From positions 225 through 64,224 of the forward strand of contig JBAYIR010000005.1 in NCBI GenBank assembly GCA_041665505.1: a stretch of DNA of 64,000 bases, read 5' to 3'. Of the stretch, positions 29,044-39,739 are shown in pieces (within the stretch, counting starts at the first letter, position 1; each line of letters opens with the position of its first letter). The DNA is from Patescibacteria group bacterium. Lineage in GTDB: Bacteria; Patescibacteriota; Patescibacteriia; UBA1558; GWA2-36-10. The notes under the pieces are model-generated. The model worked only from the letters and a program-made list of their open reading frames with translations, had not been told where the DNA came from and ran no database searches. A program made the translations under genes and the position numbers.

Positions 29044-29093
29044 GATTTGTCTACCTAGCGGTAGGCAGAAAATAAGTTCAACTTAATAAATAT

Positions 29094-29510
29094 ATGTTAG
29101 CACCAAAGAAAGAAAAACACAGAAAGTGGCATAGAGGAGATAAAATCAAAGGCAAAGCTACCCGTATGACAAAGGTAAGCTTTGGCGACTATGGTCTAAA
29201 AAGTTTACAAACTGCTTGGATCACTGCTCGTCAGATTGAATCTGCTCGTCGTGCTATTGTCGGTCATATCCAACGTGGTGGTGAAGTATTTATCCGTATT
29301 TTTCCAGACAAACCAATTACTGCTAAAGGTAGTGAAATGCCTATGGGTAAAGGTAAAGGTGCAGTTGACCATTATATAGCTGTGGTTAAACCCGGTACTA
29401 TAATGTTTGAGATGAAAGGTGTAGATGAGGCTACTGCTAAGCGTTCTCTAGAATTAGCTGGTTATAAATTACCAGTCAAGACAAAAGTTGTTAGCAAGGA
29501 ATTAGTATAA
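29094..29510 (+). CDS. rplP: 50S ribosomal protein L16
   Basis: RQIESAR, IFPDKP and MGKGKG. Confidence 0.98.
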   Translation: MLAPKKEKHRKWHRGDKIKGKATRMTKVSFGDYGLKSLQTAWITARQIESARRAIVGHIQRGGEVFIRIFPDKPITAKGSEMPMGKGKGAVDHYIAVVKPGTIMFEMKGVDEATAKRSLELAGYKLPVKTKVVSKELV

Positions 29511-29516
29511 AATATT

Positions 29517-29747
29517 ATGAAAATTGCAGAATTAAGAAAATTAGATATAGAAAAACTAAATGAAAATTTAGCTGAGTTTAGAAATAAAAATCGTGAACTT
29601 AGATTTTCTATTGCTAATAATCAATTAAAGAATGTCAGACAGTTACGAGTAATGAAAAAAGATGCCGCTAAAATTTTGACCGTTTTAAATGAAAAGAGAG
29701 TAGCAATTGAAAATAAAACTACTGTTAGTCAAGATCATAAAGAATAG
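29517..29747 (+). CDS. rpmC: 50S ribosomal protein L29
   Basis: ELR...LRF...KKDAAKILTVLNE; synteny. Confidence 0.93.
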   Translation: MKIAELRKLDIEKLNENLAEFRNKNRELRFSIANNQLKNVRQLRVMKKDAAKILTVLNEKRVAIENKTTVSQDHKE

Positions 29748-29785
29748 AAATAATTTTCCCGCCTAAGGCGGAGTGAATAAAACAT

Positions 29786-30049
29786 ATGGAAAATAAAGTA
29801 ATCAAGAGAAAATTTGAAGGTGAGGTAGTTAGTGACAAAATGGATAAAACCGTGTCAGTTTTAGTAGTCACCATCAAAACTCATAGTAAGTATAAAAAAC
29901 AATACAAGTCATCAAAGAAATATAAATCTCATGATGAAAATAATGAGTATAAAATAGGTGACAAAGTAGTGATTGAAGAGTGTCGTCCAATTTCAAAGGA
30001 TAAAAGATGGCGCGTAATTAAAAAAGTATCCGCTCAGAGCGGTAAATAA
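29786..30049 (+). CDS. rpsQ: 30S ribosomal protein S17
   Basis: VVSDKMDKT and [11 protein letters not shown]. Confidence 0.98.
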   Translation: MENKVIKRKFEGEVVSDKMDKTVSVLVVTIKTHSKYKKQYKSSKKYKSHDENNEYKIGDKVVIEECRPISKDKRWRVIKKVSAQSGK

Positions 30050-30068
30050 CCCGATAAAGAATACAGAT

Positions 30069-30440
30069 ATGATTCAACACATGTCCATGTTAAAAGTCGC
30101 TGATAACTCAGGTGCAAAACTAGTAAGATGCATCAGAGTTTTAGGTGGTTATAAAAAGAGATATGCTCGTGTTGGCGATTTAATTACTATTGCCGTCAGA
30201 AGTGCTCAACCACATAGCGCTGTTAAAAAAGGTCAAGTCCTTCATGCCGTAATCGTCAGACAAAGAAAAGAAATTAGAAGAACTAATGGTATCTATATTC
30301 GTTTTGATGATAACGCTGTAGTGATTGTAGATAAAAAATCTAAAGAGCTTAAAGGTACTCGTATCTTTGGACCAGTAGCTAGAGAACTTAGAGCCGCTGG
30401 TTACACCAAACTAGTTTCATTAGCTCCTGAAGTATTATAG
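30069..30440 (+). CDS. rplN: 50S ribosomal protein L14
   Basis: VADNSGAK and [12 protein letters not shown]. Confidence 0.99.
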   Translation: MIQHMSMLKVADNSGAKLVRCIRVLGGYKKRYARVGDLITIAVRSAQPHSAVKKGQVLHAVIVRQRKEIRRTNGIYIRFDDNAVVIVDKKSKELKGTRIFGPVARELRAAGYTKLVSLAPEVL

Positions 30441-30465
30441 TTCGATAAACTCACTATAAAATTAT

Positions 30466-30795
30466 ATGAAGATAAAAGTAAATGATAAAGTACAAGTAAT
30501 TGCTGGCAAGTACAAGGGTAAAACTGGTAAAGTCTTGCAAGTTTTGCCTGATATGAAAAAAGTTGTGGTAGAAAGCATTAATGTTATGTACAAACATCTT
30601 AGGCCAAGACAAAAAGGTGAAAAAGGCCAAAGAGTACAGTTTAATGGTCCAGTCACCGCTAGTAATCTAATGATTATTTGCCCAAAGTGTAATAAAACTA
30701 GTCGTTTGGGGCTTAAAATTTCTGAAAGCCTTGGAGAGGCAAATAAAAAAACCAAAGCTAGATTTTGTAAAAAATGTAATGAAGTAATTGATTAG
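30466..30795 (+). CDS. rplX: 50S ribosomal protein L24
   Basis: KOW motif VIAGKYKGKTG; CPKC/CKKC. Confidence 0.97.
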   Translation: MKIKVNDKVQVIAGKYKGKTGKVLQVLPDMKKVVVESINVMYKHLRPRQKGEKGQRVQFNGPVTASNLMIICPKCNKTSRLGLKISESLGEANKKTKARFCKKCNEVID

Positions 30796-30830
30796 TACTT
30801 CTTTGGACGCAGTATAAATATATAAAAAAT

Positions 30831-31394
30831 ATGAGCAGATTAGCAGATAAGTATAAAAAAGAATTAAGAAAACAGCTAAAAGAAACTTTAGGCTTGACCA
30901 ATGTCATGGCCGTGCCAAAAGTTGAAAAAGTTGTGCTTAATATTGGTATTGGTAAAGCTACTCAAGATAAACAGTGGGTTGAATTGGCCACTTCCATTTT
31001 GAGCCGTATTACTGGTCAAAAACCATTAACTACCAAAGCCAAAAAATCTATTTCCAACTTTAAAGTAAGACAAGGTATGATAGTTGGCGCCAAAGTTACT
31101 TTGCGAGGAGAAAGAATGTATGATTTTTTGGATAAATTGGTCAATATTACCTTACCTAGACTGAGAGATTTTTTTGGTCTAGATCTTAAGAAAGGTTTTG
31201 ATAAAAATGGAAATTATACAATTGGTTTTAGAGAACATATAGTATTTCCAGAAATTGGTAATGAAGATATAGACAGAACACATGGTTTGGAAGTGACTAT
31301 TGCTACATCAGCAAAAAATAATGAAGAAGCTCTAGAGTTGTTAAAGGCTTTAGGATTCCCATTTAAAAAAGTAAAAAATAATTCTAATAAATAA
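30831..31394 (+). CDS. rplE: 50S ribosomal protein L5
   Basis: [15 protein letters not shown] and LPRLRDF. Confidence 0.98.
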   Translation: MSRLADKYKKELRKQLKETLGLTNVMAVPKVEKVVLNIGIGKATQDKQWVELATSILSRITGQKPLTTKAKKSISNFKVRQGMIVGAKVTLRGERMYDFLDKLVNITLPRLRDFFGLDLKKGFDKNGNYTIGFREHIVFPEIGNEDIDRTHGLEVTIATSAKNNEEALELLKALGFPFKKVKNNSNK

Positions 31395-31396
31395 AT

Positions 31397-31582
31397 ATGG
31401 CAACATCAGCACAAGTAGCAAAATCAAAAAGAAAGCCAAAATTTTCAACACGCACTACCAGTCGTTGTTGGCGATGTGGCAGACACCGTGCTTATATGAG
31501 AAAGTTTGATCTTTGTCGTATCTGTTTTAGGGAATTAGCCAATAAAGGCGAAATTCCAGGAATTAAAAAAGCAAGTTGGTAA
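31397..31582 (+). CDS. rpsN: 30S ribosomal protein S14, zinc-binding type Z
   Basis: RCWRCGR...[10 protein letters not shown]. Confidence 0.98.
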   Translation: MATSAQVAKSKRKPKFSTRTTSRCWRCGRHRAYMRKFDLCRICFRELANKGEIPGIKKASW

Positions 31583-31603
31583 TTAATTTAAATTTAAAAT
31601 ATC

Positions 31604-31993
31604 ATGACAGATCCTATTGCAGACATGCTAACAAGAATCAGGAATGCCGTGGCCGTTAAAAAGCCAGAGGTAGTTTTGCCTTATTCAAAACTAAAGTTCA
31701 ATGTAGCCAAAGTCTTGGAAGCAGAAAATTATGTAGGTAAAGTAACTAAGATCACAAACGGTAAGTTTGATGAGCTTAAGATTGAATTGAAATATACTGA
31801 AAAAGGTCCAGCTATTCGTCACATCAAGAGACTTTCTAGTCCTGGTCAAAGAATTTATTCAGCTGGTAAAGAGTTGCCCTATATTTTAAATGGTTATGGT
31901 GTGGCTATTATTTCTACTTCTAAGGGAGTTATGACAAACAAAGAAGCAAAACGTCAGAATATAGGTGGAGAATTAATGTGTGAAATTTGGTAA
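31604..31993 (+). CDS. rpsH: 30S ribosomal protein S8
   Basis: DPIADMLTRIRNA and STSKGVM. Confidence 0.99.
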   Translation: MTDPIADMLTRIRNAVAVKKPEVVLPYSKLKFNVAKVLEAENYVGKVTKITNGKFDELKIELKYTEKGPAIRHIKRLSSPGQRIYSAGKELPYILNGYGVAIISTSKGVMTNKEAKRQNIGGELMCEIW

Positions 31994-32002
31994 TATAAAA
32001 TT

Positions 32003-32554
32003 ATGTCAAGAGTCGGAAAAAAATCAATCAAAATACCTAAAGGCGTTGAAATAAAAATCAATGTTGAAGAAACAGGTAATAAAGTAAATATCAAAGGCCC
32101 AAAAGGATCTTTGGAACTTATTTTAAATAAAAGTGTAAGCATTGAGCAAAAAGATGATCAAATTGTTTTTATGGTTGAAAATCAAGAATTAGGATCAGAC
32201 AAAGCACTTTGGGGTCTAGTCAGAACATTGGTGAATAATGCAGTAATTGGAGTAGTGGAAGGTTTTTCCAAAGAGTTAGAAATCAACGGTGTTGGTTTCA
32301 AGGTAGCTTTACAAGGTAAAAAATTGATACTTAATGTTGGTTTTTCTCACCCAGTAGAATATAATTTACCAGAAGGCATCAGCGCTATAGTAGAAAAAAA
32401 TAATATTAAACTAGCCGGAATAGACAAACAATTACTTGGCCAAGTAGCCGCTGAAATTAGAAGTATTAAAAAACCAGAACCATATAAAGGAAAAGGTATC
32501 AAATATGTTGATGAACAAATCCGTAGAAAAGCTGGTAAGGTAGTAAAATCTTAG
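32003..32554 (+). CDS. rplF: 50S ribosomal protein L6
   Basis: SRVGK and PEPYKGKGI. Confidence 0.99.
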   Translation: MSRVGKKSIKIPKGVEIKINVEETGNKVNIKGPKGSLELILNKSVSIEQKDDQIVFMVENQELGSDKALWGLVRTLVNNAVIGVVEGFSKELEINGVGFKVALQGKKLILNVGFSHPVEYNLPEGISAIVEKNNIKLAGIDKQLLGQVAAEIRSIKKPEPYKGKGIKYVDEQIRRKAGKVVKS

Positions 32555-32576
32555 TATCATAAATATATAAAATATT

Positions 32577-32933
32577 ATGAAGGATAAAAATAAAGTAAAA
32601 AGAAGTAATTTCGTCAGAAGACAACGCCGAGCTAGAGCCAAAATTGTTGGTACAGCTAGCAGACCACGCGTTTCTGTTTTTAGAAGTTTGATGCATATCA
32701 GCGTTCAAGCTATTGATGATATTTCTAAAAAAACTTTAGTCGCCGCGACTGATCAAACTATCAAAACCAAGGGTAATAAGACAGAGAAAGCAGCCTTACT
32801 TGGTGAAGAATTTGGTAAAAAATTGAAAGATAACAAAATTGATTCAATTATTTTTGATAAAGGTGCTTATAAATATCACGGCAGAGTAAAATCTCTAGCT
32901 GATGGAATTAGAAAAGTAGGCATAAATTTTTAA
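32577..32933 (+). CDS. rplR: 50S ribosomal protein L18
   Basis: RPRVSVFRS and YKYHGRVK. Confidence 0.98.
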   Translation: MKDKNKVKRSNFVRRQRRARAKIVGTASRPRVSVFRSLMHISVQAIDDISKKTLVAATDQTIKTKGNKTEKAALLGEEFGKKLKDNKIDSIIFDKGAYKYHGRVKSLADGIRKVGINF

Positions 32934-32936
32934 TAT

Positions 32937-33680
32937 ATGGAAGATAAAAAGACAAAAGAAGCCACAGAAATTCAAGCAACAGTAGCTCCAATAGAATCAG
33001 CTACCAGCAAAAAATTTCCTCCAAGAAAAAAAGGTGGTTTTAAAAAACCAGGGGCTAGAAAAACACCAGAAAAACCAAAGGATGATTTTGAACAAAAAGT
33101 TTTGGATTTAGCTCGAGTTACTCGTGTCATGGCTGGTGGTAAAAGAATGAAATTTAGAGCCACTATGGTTATTGGTGATAAGAAAGGTAAAGTCGGTCTT
33201 GGTATTGCCAAAGGAGCAGATGTGTCTATGGCTATTCAGAAAGCAGTGGCCAAAGCTAGAAAAAATATTATTGAAGTAGCTATTATTGATGGTACAGTGC
33301 CTCATGAAGTCCGGATTAGTAATCATTCAGCCAAATTAATGCTTAGACCAGCTCGTCAAGGTAGTGGTATCAAAGCCGGCGGTGTAATGCGTATCGTATT
33401 TGAGTTAGTTGGTATTAAAGATGTGGTGGCTAAGATTTTAGGCACCAGCAACAAAGTAAATAATGCTAAGGCTACTATTCAGGCTTTGAGTTCTTTTGTA
33501 CCACAAGCTGTCACAGCGGCTAAATCCAGAGCAGCTAATAAAAAGGTTTTTGTGCCACAACCAGCTATTAAAAGACCTCCTTTTAAACCACAAGCCGCAC
33601 CCAAAAAAATAGTTAAGGCTGAGGAAAGTAAAAATGATAAAACCGAAGATCCTAAGCAGGGTCAAGGGGAAAGTAAATAA
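32937..33680 (+). CDS. rpsE: 30S ribosomal protein S5 with N- and C-terminal extensions
   Basis: RVTRVMAGGKR and GSGIKAGG. Confidence 0.98.
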   Translation: MEDKKTKEATEIQATVAPIESATSKKFPPRKKGGFKKPGARKTPEKPKDDFEQKVLDLARVTRVMAGGKRMKFRATMVIGDKKGKVGLGIAKGADVSMAIQKAVAKARKNIIEVAIIDGTVPHEVRISNHSAKLMLRPARQGSGIKAGGVMRIVFELVGIKDVVAKILGTSNKVNNAKATIQALSSFVPQAVTAAKSRAANKKVFVPQPAIKRPPFKPQAAPKKIVKAEESKNDKTEDPKQGQGESK

Positions 33681-33682
33681 AT

Positions 33683-34213
33683 ATGTTGAGTCTGAATAAT
33701 TTAAAAAAGTCAAAAGGGATTGGCAAAAAAAGAGAGAGAAAAGGACGCGGTAATGCTACTGGTAGCGGTAATTATTCTACCCGTGGTATGAAAGGTCAAC
33801 GTTCTCGTTCTGGCGGTAAGTCAGGTTTAGCTCTACGAAGTATCAAGAGCTATCTTTTGGGAATTCCTAAGACTAGAGGTTTTAAATCACTAAACAAATC
33901 TAGAGAAGTTGTAAATGTTGGTGCCTTAGATAAAATTTTTGCTAATGGTTCAACTGTCAACGCTAGAGCTATGCTCAAAGCAGGTTTGATTACTACTATT
34001 TCTGGTGGTGTTAAAATATTATCAGAAGGAAAAATAACTAAAAATTTAACCGTAGAAGCTAATGCTTTTTCTCTAGGTGCTAAGACCAAAATTGAAGCAG
34101 CTGGGGGTAAAATAATAGTGATATCTACTACCAAAGAAGAAAATAAAAAAACAGCTAAAACTACTGATAAAGCTGAGACAACTCCAGTGGAAAAAACTGT
34201 TGATAATAAATAA
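33683..34213 (+). CDS. rplO: 50S ribosomal protein L15
   Basis: GRG..RGMKGQRSRSG and KIEAAGG. Confidence 0.97.
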   Translation: MLSLNNLKKSKGIGKKRERKGRGNATGSGNYSTRGMKGQRSRSGGKSGLALRSIKSYLLGIPKTRGFKSLNKSREVVNVGALDKIFANGSTVNARAMLKAGLITTISGGVKILSEGKITKNLTVEANAFSLGAKTKIEAAGGKIIVISTTKEENKKTAKTTDKAETTPVEKTVDNK

Positions 34214-34238
34214 TTTTCTAAACTTTAATAAAATATTT

Positions 34239-35516
34239 ATGTTAGCCAAACTACAACAAATTTTTAAGGCTAAAGATATCAGGAACAATATATTTTTTGT
34301 TCTAGCTCTTTTGGTTGTGTTTAGGATAGCCGCTCATATTCCTGTGCCTGGTATAAATGTTGTAGATTTAAAAATGTATTTTGAAGGTAATCAAGTTTTA
34401 GGTTTGTTAGATCTATTTTCTGGTGGAGCGATGCAAAATTTTTCGGTGGTGATGCTTGGTGTCGGTCCTTATATTACAGCCTCTATTATCTTTCAATTGC
34501 TAGTGATGATAGTACCAAAGTTGGAAGCACTATCCAAAGAAGGTGAGTATGGACGAGAGAAAATAAATCAATATACTAGATTATTGACTGTACCATTAGC
34601 TTTTATTCAAGGCTACAGTTTCATAAAATTATTATCTAACCAGACCAATGGCAGATTATTGTCTGATGTTACTACTATGCAGCTAATTGCTACTTTAGTA
34701 ATAGTGACGGCTGGTACTATGTTTTTAATGTGGATTGGTGAGCTAATTACTGAACGTCATATTGGCAATGGTGTTTCACTTTTAATTTTTTCAGGTATTG
34801 TTAGCGGTTTGCCACAATCAATCAGAAATACTTTCATAGCTATTGATAATACTATGATATTAAATTTGCTAATTTTTGCAGTCATTGCTTTGGTTACTAT
34901 TGCGGCAATTGTTTTGATTACTGAAGGTACTAGAAATATTCCAGTTTCTTATGCTCGTCATGTAGTTGGTCAAAAAAATGTCGGGGGAGTAAAGACACAT
35001 TTACCACTACGCGTTAATCAAGCTGGCGTTATTCCAATCATTTTTGCTATTTCGGTGATTATATTTCCTCCAATGGTAGCTCAGTTTTTTGTCCGTTCGC
35101 AAGTTGCTTGGGTAGCTAATTCTTCCCAATGGATAATAGATATTTTTGCTAATCAGACTTTTTACGCAGCATTTTATTTCTTAATGGTTATATTTTTTAC
35201 TTATTTTTATACTTCAGTTATTTTTAAACCGGTAGAAATAGCAGAAAATTTGCAAAAACAAGGTGGTTTCATTCCGGGTATTAGACCAGGTAGACAGACT
35301 TCTGATTATCTTGGTACTACTATGAATCGCATTGTGTTTATTGGGGCTATATTTTTGGGCTTGATTGCCATTTTGCCTCTAGTAGTGGGGCCTATTACTG
35401 GCATTGCTACTATTGGTTTAGGTGGTACTAGTTTACTGATTACAGTGTCTGTAGTTATAGAAACAGTCAAACAAATTGATGCTCAATTAATAATGAGAGA
35501 TTACGAAGGATTTTAA
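34239..35516 (+). CDS. secY: Preprotein translocase SecY
   Basis: GVGPYITASII, GIGNG-like HIGNGVSL, IPGIRPG and GGTSLLI. Confidence 0.99.
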   Translation: MLAKLQQIFKAKDIRNNIFFVLALLVVFRIAAHIPVPGINVVDLKMYFEGNQVLGLLDLFSGGAMQNFSVVMLGVGPYITASIIFQLLVMIVPKLEALSKEGEYGREKINQYTRLLTVPLAFIQGYSFIKLLSNQTNGRLLSDVTTMQLIATLVIVTAGTMFLMWIGELITERHIGNGVSLLIFSGIVSGLPQSIRNTFIAIDNTMILNLLIFAVIALVTIAAIVLITEGTRNIPVSYARHVVGQKNVGGVKTHLPLRVNQAGVIPIIFAISVIIFPPMVAQFFVRSQVAWVANSSQWIIDIFANQTFYAAFYFLMVIFFTYFYTSVIFKPVEIAENLQKQGGFIPGIRPGRQTSDYLGTTMNRIVFIGAIFLGLIAILPLVVGPITGIATIGLGGTSLLITVSVVIETVKQIDAQLIMRDYEGF

Positions 35517-35653
35517 TTTTTATTTATTATAATTATAAATTCCCCTGTTAGGGGGATTTTTAATAGATTTTTATCCAGCCCCTCGCGAGGGGCTGGATTG
35601 ATTTTAAGCAGTTAATTTGGTATAATTTGACTGAATGTAATTAATTAGAACAT

Positions 35654-36292
35654 ATGAAAAAAGTTGTATTAATAGGTCCTCAGGCCTCTGGGAAAAGTAC
35701 TCAAGCCAAGATAATTACTGATTTTTTGCATATTCCCATGGTTTCAGCTAGCCAAGTTCTTCGTGAAATGGTAGCTAGAGGTACTAATTTGGGTGAGAGA
35801 CTAAAAGAAAAAATGGATAAAGGCCTTTTAGTGCCAGACGATCAAATGATTAACCTAGTTTTAGGTGAATTAGGCGGTGATTATTGTCTTAATGGCTATC
35901 TACTAGATGGTTTTCCTAGGAATCTTAATCAAGCTCAAGCTTTAGATACTAGTTGTGGGGTGGATAAGGTTTTTAATATTGAAATATCCGATGAAGAAGC
36001 TATGAAGCGTATTTCTGGTCGGCGGATGTGCAATCGGGGGCATGTTTTTCATTTAGAGTTTAAGCCTTCTAGTCAGGGAGAATTTTGTGATATTTGTGGA
36101 GATAAATTATCTCAAAGAGATGATGATAAGGAAGAAGTAGTCAAAAAACGTTTGTCTATTTATAGAGCCGAGACTTCAAAATTGCTTGAGCATTATAAAA
36201 AACAGGGTAAGCTGATAGTTTTTGATGGAGAAAAAGATATTGTTCAGGTCTCTGAGGACATATTAAATTATTTAAAGACAAATGCTAGATAA
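35654..36292 (+). CDS. adk: Adenylate kinase
   Basis: GPQASGKSTQ, LDGFPR, zinc lid and RDDD. Confidence 0.95.
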   Translation: MKKVVLIGPQASGKSTQAKIITDFLHIPMVSASQVLREMVARGTNLGERLKEKMDKGLLVPDDQMINLVLGELGGDYCLNGYLLDGFPRNLNQAQALDTSCGVDKVFNIEISDEEAMKRISGRRMCNRGHVFHLEFKPSSQGEFCDICGDKLSQRDDDKEEVVKKRLSIYRAETSKLLEHYKKQGKLIVFDGEKDIVQVSEDILNYLKTNAR

Positions 36293-37028
36293 AAAAACTC
36301 CCGAAGAAATAAAAATTCTTCAAGTGGGGGGCAAAAAATTAGCTGATATTCTTCGCCAATTAGCTAGTGAGGTCAAAGTTGGCCATACTGGCAAGCAGCT
36401 AAATGCCTTGGCTGAAGAATTGATAAAAAAAGCTAGTGGTACACCGTCTTTTAAAAATTATCACGGTTTTCCAGCGGCTTTATGTGTTTCTATAAATGAA
36501 GCAGTAGTGCATGGCATTCCGACAGATGAGCCTTTTGAAGAGGGTGATTTGGTGGGCATTGATATTGGTATGAAATATCAGGGTTTCTATACTGATACAG
36601 CCGTGACTGTTGGAGTAGGTAAAATCAGTCCAGAGGCAGAAAAATTATTATTTGCCACCAAAAAATCACTAGATTTGGCTATTGAACAGTTAAAAGTAGG
36701 CGGATATATTTCAGATATTGGCAAAACTATAGAAAAATTTATTAGGCCTTATGGCTATGGTATAGTTAGGGATTTAGCTGGTCATGGAGTAGGTCGTCAA
36801 GTTCATGAAGACCCTAGCGTACCAAATTATTATCCAGGCAGAAAAACTGAGCAGATTTTTGATGGTTTAGTTATTGCTATTGAACCGATGCTGACTATGG
36901 GTGGTGATTGGAAAGTAAAAACTAGGGAAAATAATTGGGATGTAATTTCTAAAGACGGTAGTCTGACTGCTCATTTTGAGCATTCTATTGCTATTACCCA
37001 AGATGGACCAATTATTTTGACACAGTAA
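36282..37028 (+). CDS. map: Methionine aminopeptidase type I
   Basis: SINEAVVHGIP, GHGVG..HEDP and AHFEH. Confidence 0.97.
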   Translation: MLDKKTPEEIKILQVGGKKLADILRQLASEVKVGHTGKQLNALAEELIKKASGTPSFKNYHGFPAALCVSINEAVVHGIPTDEPFEEGDLVGIDIGMKYQGFYTDTAVTVGVGKISPEAEKLLFATKKSLDLAIEQLKVGGYISDIGKTIEKFIRPYGYGIVRDLAGHGVGRQVHEDPSVPNYYPGRKTEQIFDGLVIAIEPMLTMGGDWKVKTRENNWDVISKDGSLTAHFEHSIAITQDGPIILTQ

Positions 37029-37038
37029 TTTGTATATT

Positions 37039-37422
37039 ATGCGAAATAAATTTTTAGGAATTGATTATGGCGACCAAAGAGTCGGCCTAGCTTTAGCAGA
37101 AGGTAGTGGGCCAGCTTTGCCATTTAAGGTACTTAAAAATACTAAAAGATTAATAGAAGACATCAAAGATATTATTAAACAGGAAGATATTAATAACATT
37201 GTAGTTGGTCTGCCACATAGTTTTTCTGGCCAAGAAAATGAGCGCTTGATTATTACCAAAAATTTTATTAAAGATTTACAAAAAGTTTTAGATATCAATG
37301 TCGCCACAGTAGATGAGCAATTAACTTCCAAACTTTATGAAAAAATGGGTGTGGTCAAAGATATAGATAAACATGCGGCCACAGCAATTTTAGATACTTA
37401 CTTAATTAAAAATGATTTCTAA
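37039..37422 (+). CDS. yqgF: YqgF/RuvX family nuclease
   Basis: LGIDYG..RVGLA, VVGLP, DEQLTS and DKHAATAIL. Confidence 0.93.
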   Translation: MRNKFLGIDYGDQRVGLALAEGSGPALPFKVLKNTKRLIEDIKDIIKQEDINNIVVGLPHSFSGQENERLIITKNFIKDLQKVLDINVATVDEQLTSKLYEKMGVVKDIDKHAATAILDTYLIKNDF

Positions 37423-38476
37423 TCCACAAAAATTTATTTTAGTTTTTGCCTTGGCAGTTTTTCTAGCCTGGGTATTTTCAAAATTAGTTATTTTTTTAGC
37501 CTATAAATTTAATATTTTAGATTATCCTAGTCAGGAAAGGAAAATACATAAACAGCCAATTCCACTTTTGGGTGGTCTAGCTATTTATGCATCTTTTTTA
37601 GTGACAGTTTTAGTATTATGGCAAGCTAACTTATTATTAGATAGTAGAGTCAGTTTAGTGGCTATTGTCTGGTTTTTGCTAGCCGGGCTCATTTTGATGC
37701 TTAATGGGTATTTAGACGATAAATACTCTTTAAGCCCTAAAATCACCATTTTAGGGCCTATTTTGGCTTCATTAGTAGTCATTTTAGGTGGTTTAAAAAT
37801 CGCTTATATTACTAATCCTAGTGGGGGGATATTATATTTAGACCAATTATCTATTTGGAGTTTTATCGGACCCTTGATTACTTTTTTATGGCTAATGGGT
37901 ATCACTTACACTACCAAACTTTTAGATGGTATTGACGGGCTTACTTCTAGTATTGGACTGATAGCTAGTTTGGTCATTTTTGCGGTTAGTCTGTCTTGGG
38001 ATGTAGCTGGCTCTAGCACTTCTTTTTTATCATTAGCTTTAGCTGGCTCTATCTTTGGTTTTTTGATTTTTAATTGGCATCCAGCCAAAATATTTTTAGG
38101 TGAAGGAGGTAGCACCTTAATAGGTTTTTCCTTAGGGGTTTTATCTATTATCTCTGGTTCCAAAATTGCCACAGCGCTACTAGTCATGGGGTTACCAGTT
38201 TTAGATATTTTTTGGGTGATTGTCAGGCGTATCAAGCAAGGTAAGGCCTTTTGGCAAGGTGATAAGGAGCATCTACATTTTAGAATGCTGAGAGCTGGTT
38301 TTTCTCAAAAACAAATTGTTCTTTTTTTGGGTTTAGTATCTTTGTCTTTTGGAGTAGTATCTATTTTTTTTACTACCAAGATAAAAATTAGCGCTCTCTT
38401 GATAATTTTTGTTTTAATGTTTGTACTCAGCTCTTGGCTCAATTATCGTTTAAAAGAAAAACATGAAGAAACATAA
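37412..38476 (+). CDS. MraY/WecA family undecaprenyl-phosphate sugar-1-phosphate transferase
   Basis: RKIH..PIPLLGG, DD, DGIDGL, FNWHPAKIFLGEGGS and HLH. Confidence 0.92.
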   Translation: MISNPQKFILVFALAVFLAWVFSKLVIFLAYKFNILDYPSQERKIHKQPIPLLGGLAIYASFLVTVLVLWQANLLLDSRVSLVAIVWFLLAGLILMLNGYLDDKYSLSPKITILGPILASLVVILGGLKIAYITNPSGGILYLDQLSIWSFIGPLITFLWLMGITYTTKLLDGIDGLTSSIGLIASLVIFAVSLSWDVAGSSTSFLSLALAGSIFGFLIFNWHPAKIFLGEGGSTLIGFSLGVLSIISGSKIATALLVMGLPVLDIFWVIVRRIKQGKAFWQGDKEHLHFRMLRAGFSQKQIVLFLGLVSLSFGVVSIFFTTKIKISALLIIFVLMFVLSSWLNYRLKEKHEET

Positions 38477-38921
38477 ATTTACAATATTTTTGTTGATTGT
38501 AGTGCTAGCTCTATTGGGTCTAGCTTATTATAGTTTTTTGACTTATCAGCAGACGACGGTTAGTATCAATGGTTTTGTGTTTAAGACGGATGTTGTTAAA
38601 AATGCCAAAGAATTAGAGCGGGGTTTATCTGGTCAAGAGACTCTAGCTGATGATCAGGCGATGTTATTTATTTTTCCAGATAAAAATAAGCGTGTTTTTT
38701 GGATGAAAGAAATGAATTTTAATATTGATCTTTTATGGATAGATGGCGATAAGGTCATTGCTTATGAAAAAAATATGCCAGCCCCAGATAAAAATCAACT
38801 ATTAGATGCTTTAGTAAAATATAATTCACCGTCAGCAGTTGATAAAGTTTTGGAAATAAAAGCCGGCTTAATTGATGTTTTAGGTATAAAAGTAGGCGAT
38901 ATAATAAAATTTAATATTTAG
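38463..38921 (+). CDS. DUF192 family protein
   Basis: RGLSG...MLFIF...FWMKEMNFNIDLLWI...VLEIKAG. Confidence 0.88.
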   Translation: MKKHKFTIFLLIVVLALLGLAYYSFLTYQQTTVSINGFVFKTDVVKNAKELERGLSGQETLADDQAMLFIFPDKNKRVFWMKEMNFNIDLLWIDGDKVIAYEKNMPAPDKNQLLDALVKYNSPSAVDKVLEIKAGLIDVLGIKVGDIIKFNI

Positions 38922-38952
38922 TTTAGCTCAATTTATTTAAAATAATAAATAT

Positions 38953-39270
38953 ATGACCAAAGAACGCTTCCAGGAAATAAAGGCTAATATAAAACAAAAT
39001 TTTAGTATAGAAGATAATTACGAAGAAGATTTAGAACCAGGTATAGCAGAACTAATAGAATTTATCGGTCCCCAAGGCAGAACGCTCTTACGATTTGTTA
39101 CTAAACCAAAATTATTGGATAAAAAAACCAGTTTTTCCAATCGAGCTGGTTCTGACGTCAAGGTAGATTATGTTTATTCTGAAGAGGAAACAGTTTCTTA
39201 TTTGGAAGTTTATAATTGGTCAGAAGACAAAGATGATTGGATAAAGCTAGACGTCGAAGCTTCATTTTAG
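38953..39270 (+). CDS. Hypothetical protein
   Basis: Compact ORF in the operon with native codon usage. Confidence 0.75.
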   Translation: MTKERFQEIKANIKQNFSIEDNYEEDLEPGIAELIEFIGPQGRTLLRFVTKPKLLDKKTSFSNRAGSDVKVDYVYSEEETVSYLEVYNWSEDKDDWIKLDVEASF

Positions 39271-39283
39271 TTATAATAGAGAT

Positions 39284-39739
39284 ATGTTTAAAAATAGACA
39301 AAAAATAATTTTTAAAAGTGATAATCAAACGAAAAATATTTTGTTTTTAGTGTTGGTATTTATTGCTATAGGTTTGGTAAGTATATTTTTTACGCACCAA
39401 GCTCCTCAGTCAGACGTTTCAAGAATTTTAGTATCTCAGGAGAATTATGTAAATTACATCAAACCATGGATGAATAGTGTCTATTTAGATCAATCGGTAG
39501 CCAATATAACAGTTATAAAAAATAATTTTCTCAATTTTCAAGGGGCTGATCAATCAATCGGGCCAGCTCATATTGCTTTATTTTTGGCCTTAGATGCTTG
39601 GGAAAAGTTTTTGCTGACTGGTGATGATAACAATAAACAGCAAGCTATCAGACATTTCTCTTCAGCAGCTGATTTATTGCCAGAGCTTAGTTTAGAAATA
39701 AAAAATTTAGCTAATATTTTAAAAAGACAAAATGTTTAA
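39284..39739 (+). CDS. Hypothetical single-TM protein
   Basis: N-terminal TM helix; overlaps the next gene. Confidence 0.7.
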   Translation: MFKNRQKIIFKSDNQTKNILFLVLVFIAIGLVSIFFTHQAPQSDVSRILVSQENYVNYIKPWMNSVYLDQSVANITVIKNNFLNFQGADQSIGPAHIALFLALDAWEKFLLTGDDNNKQQAIRHFSSAADLLPELSLEIKNLANILKRQNV

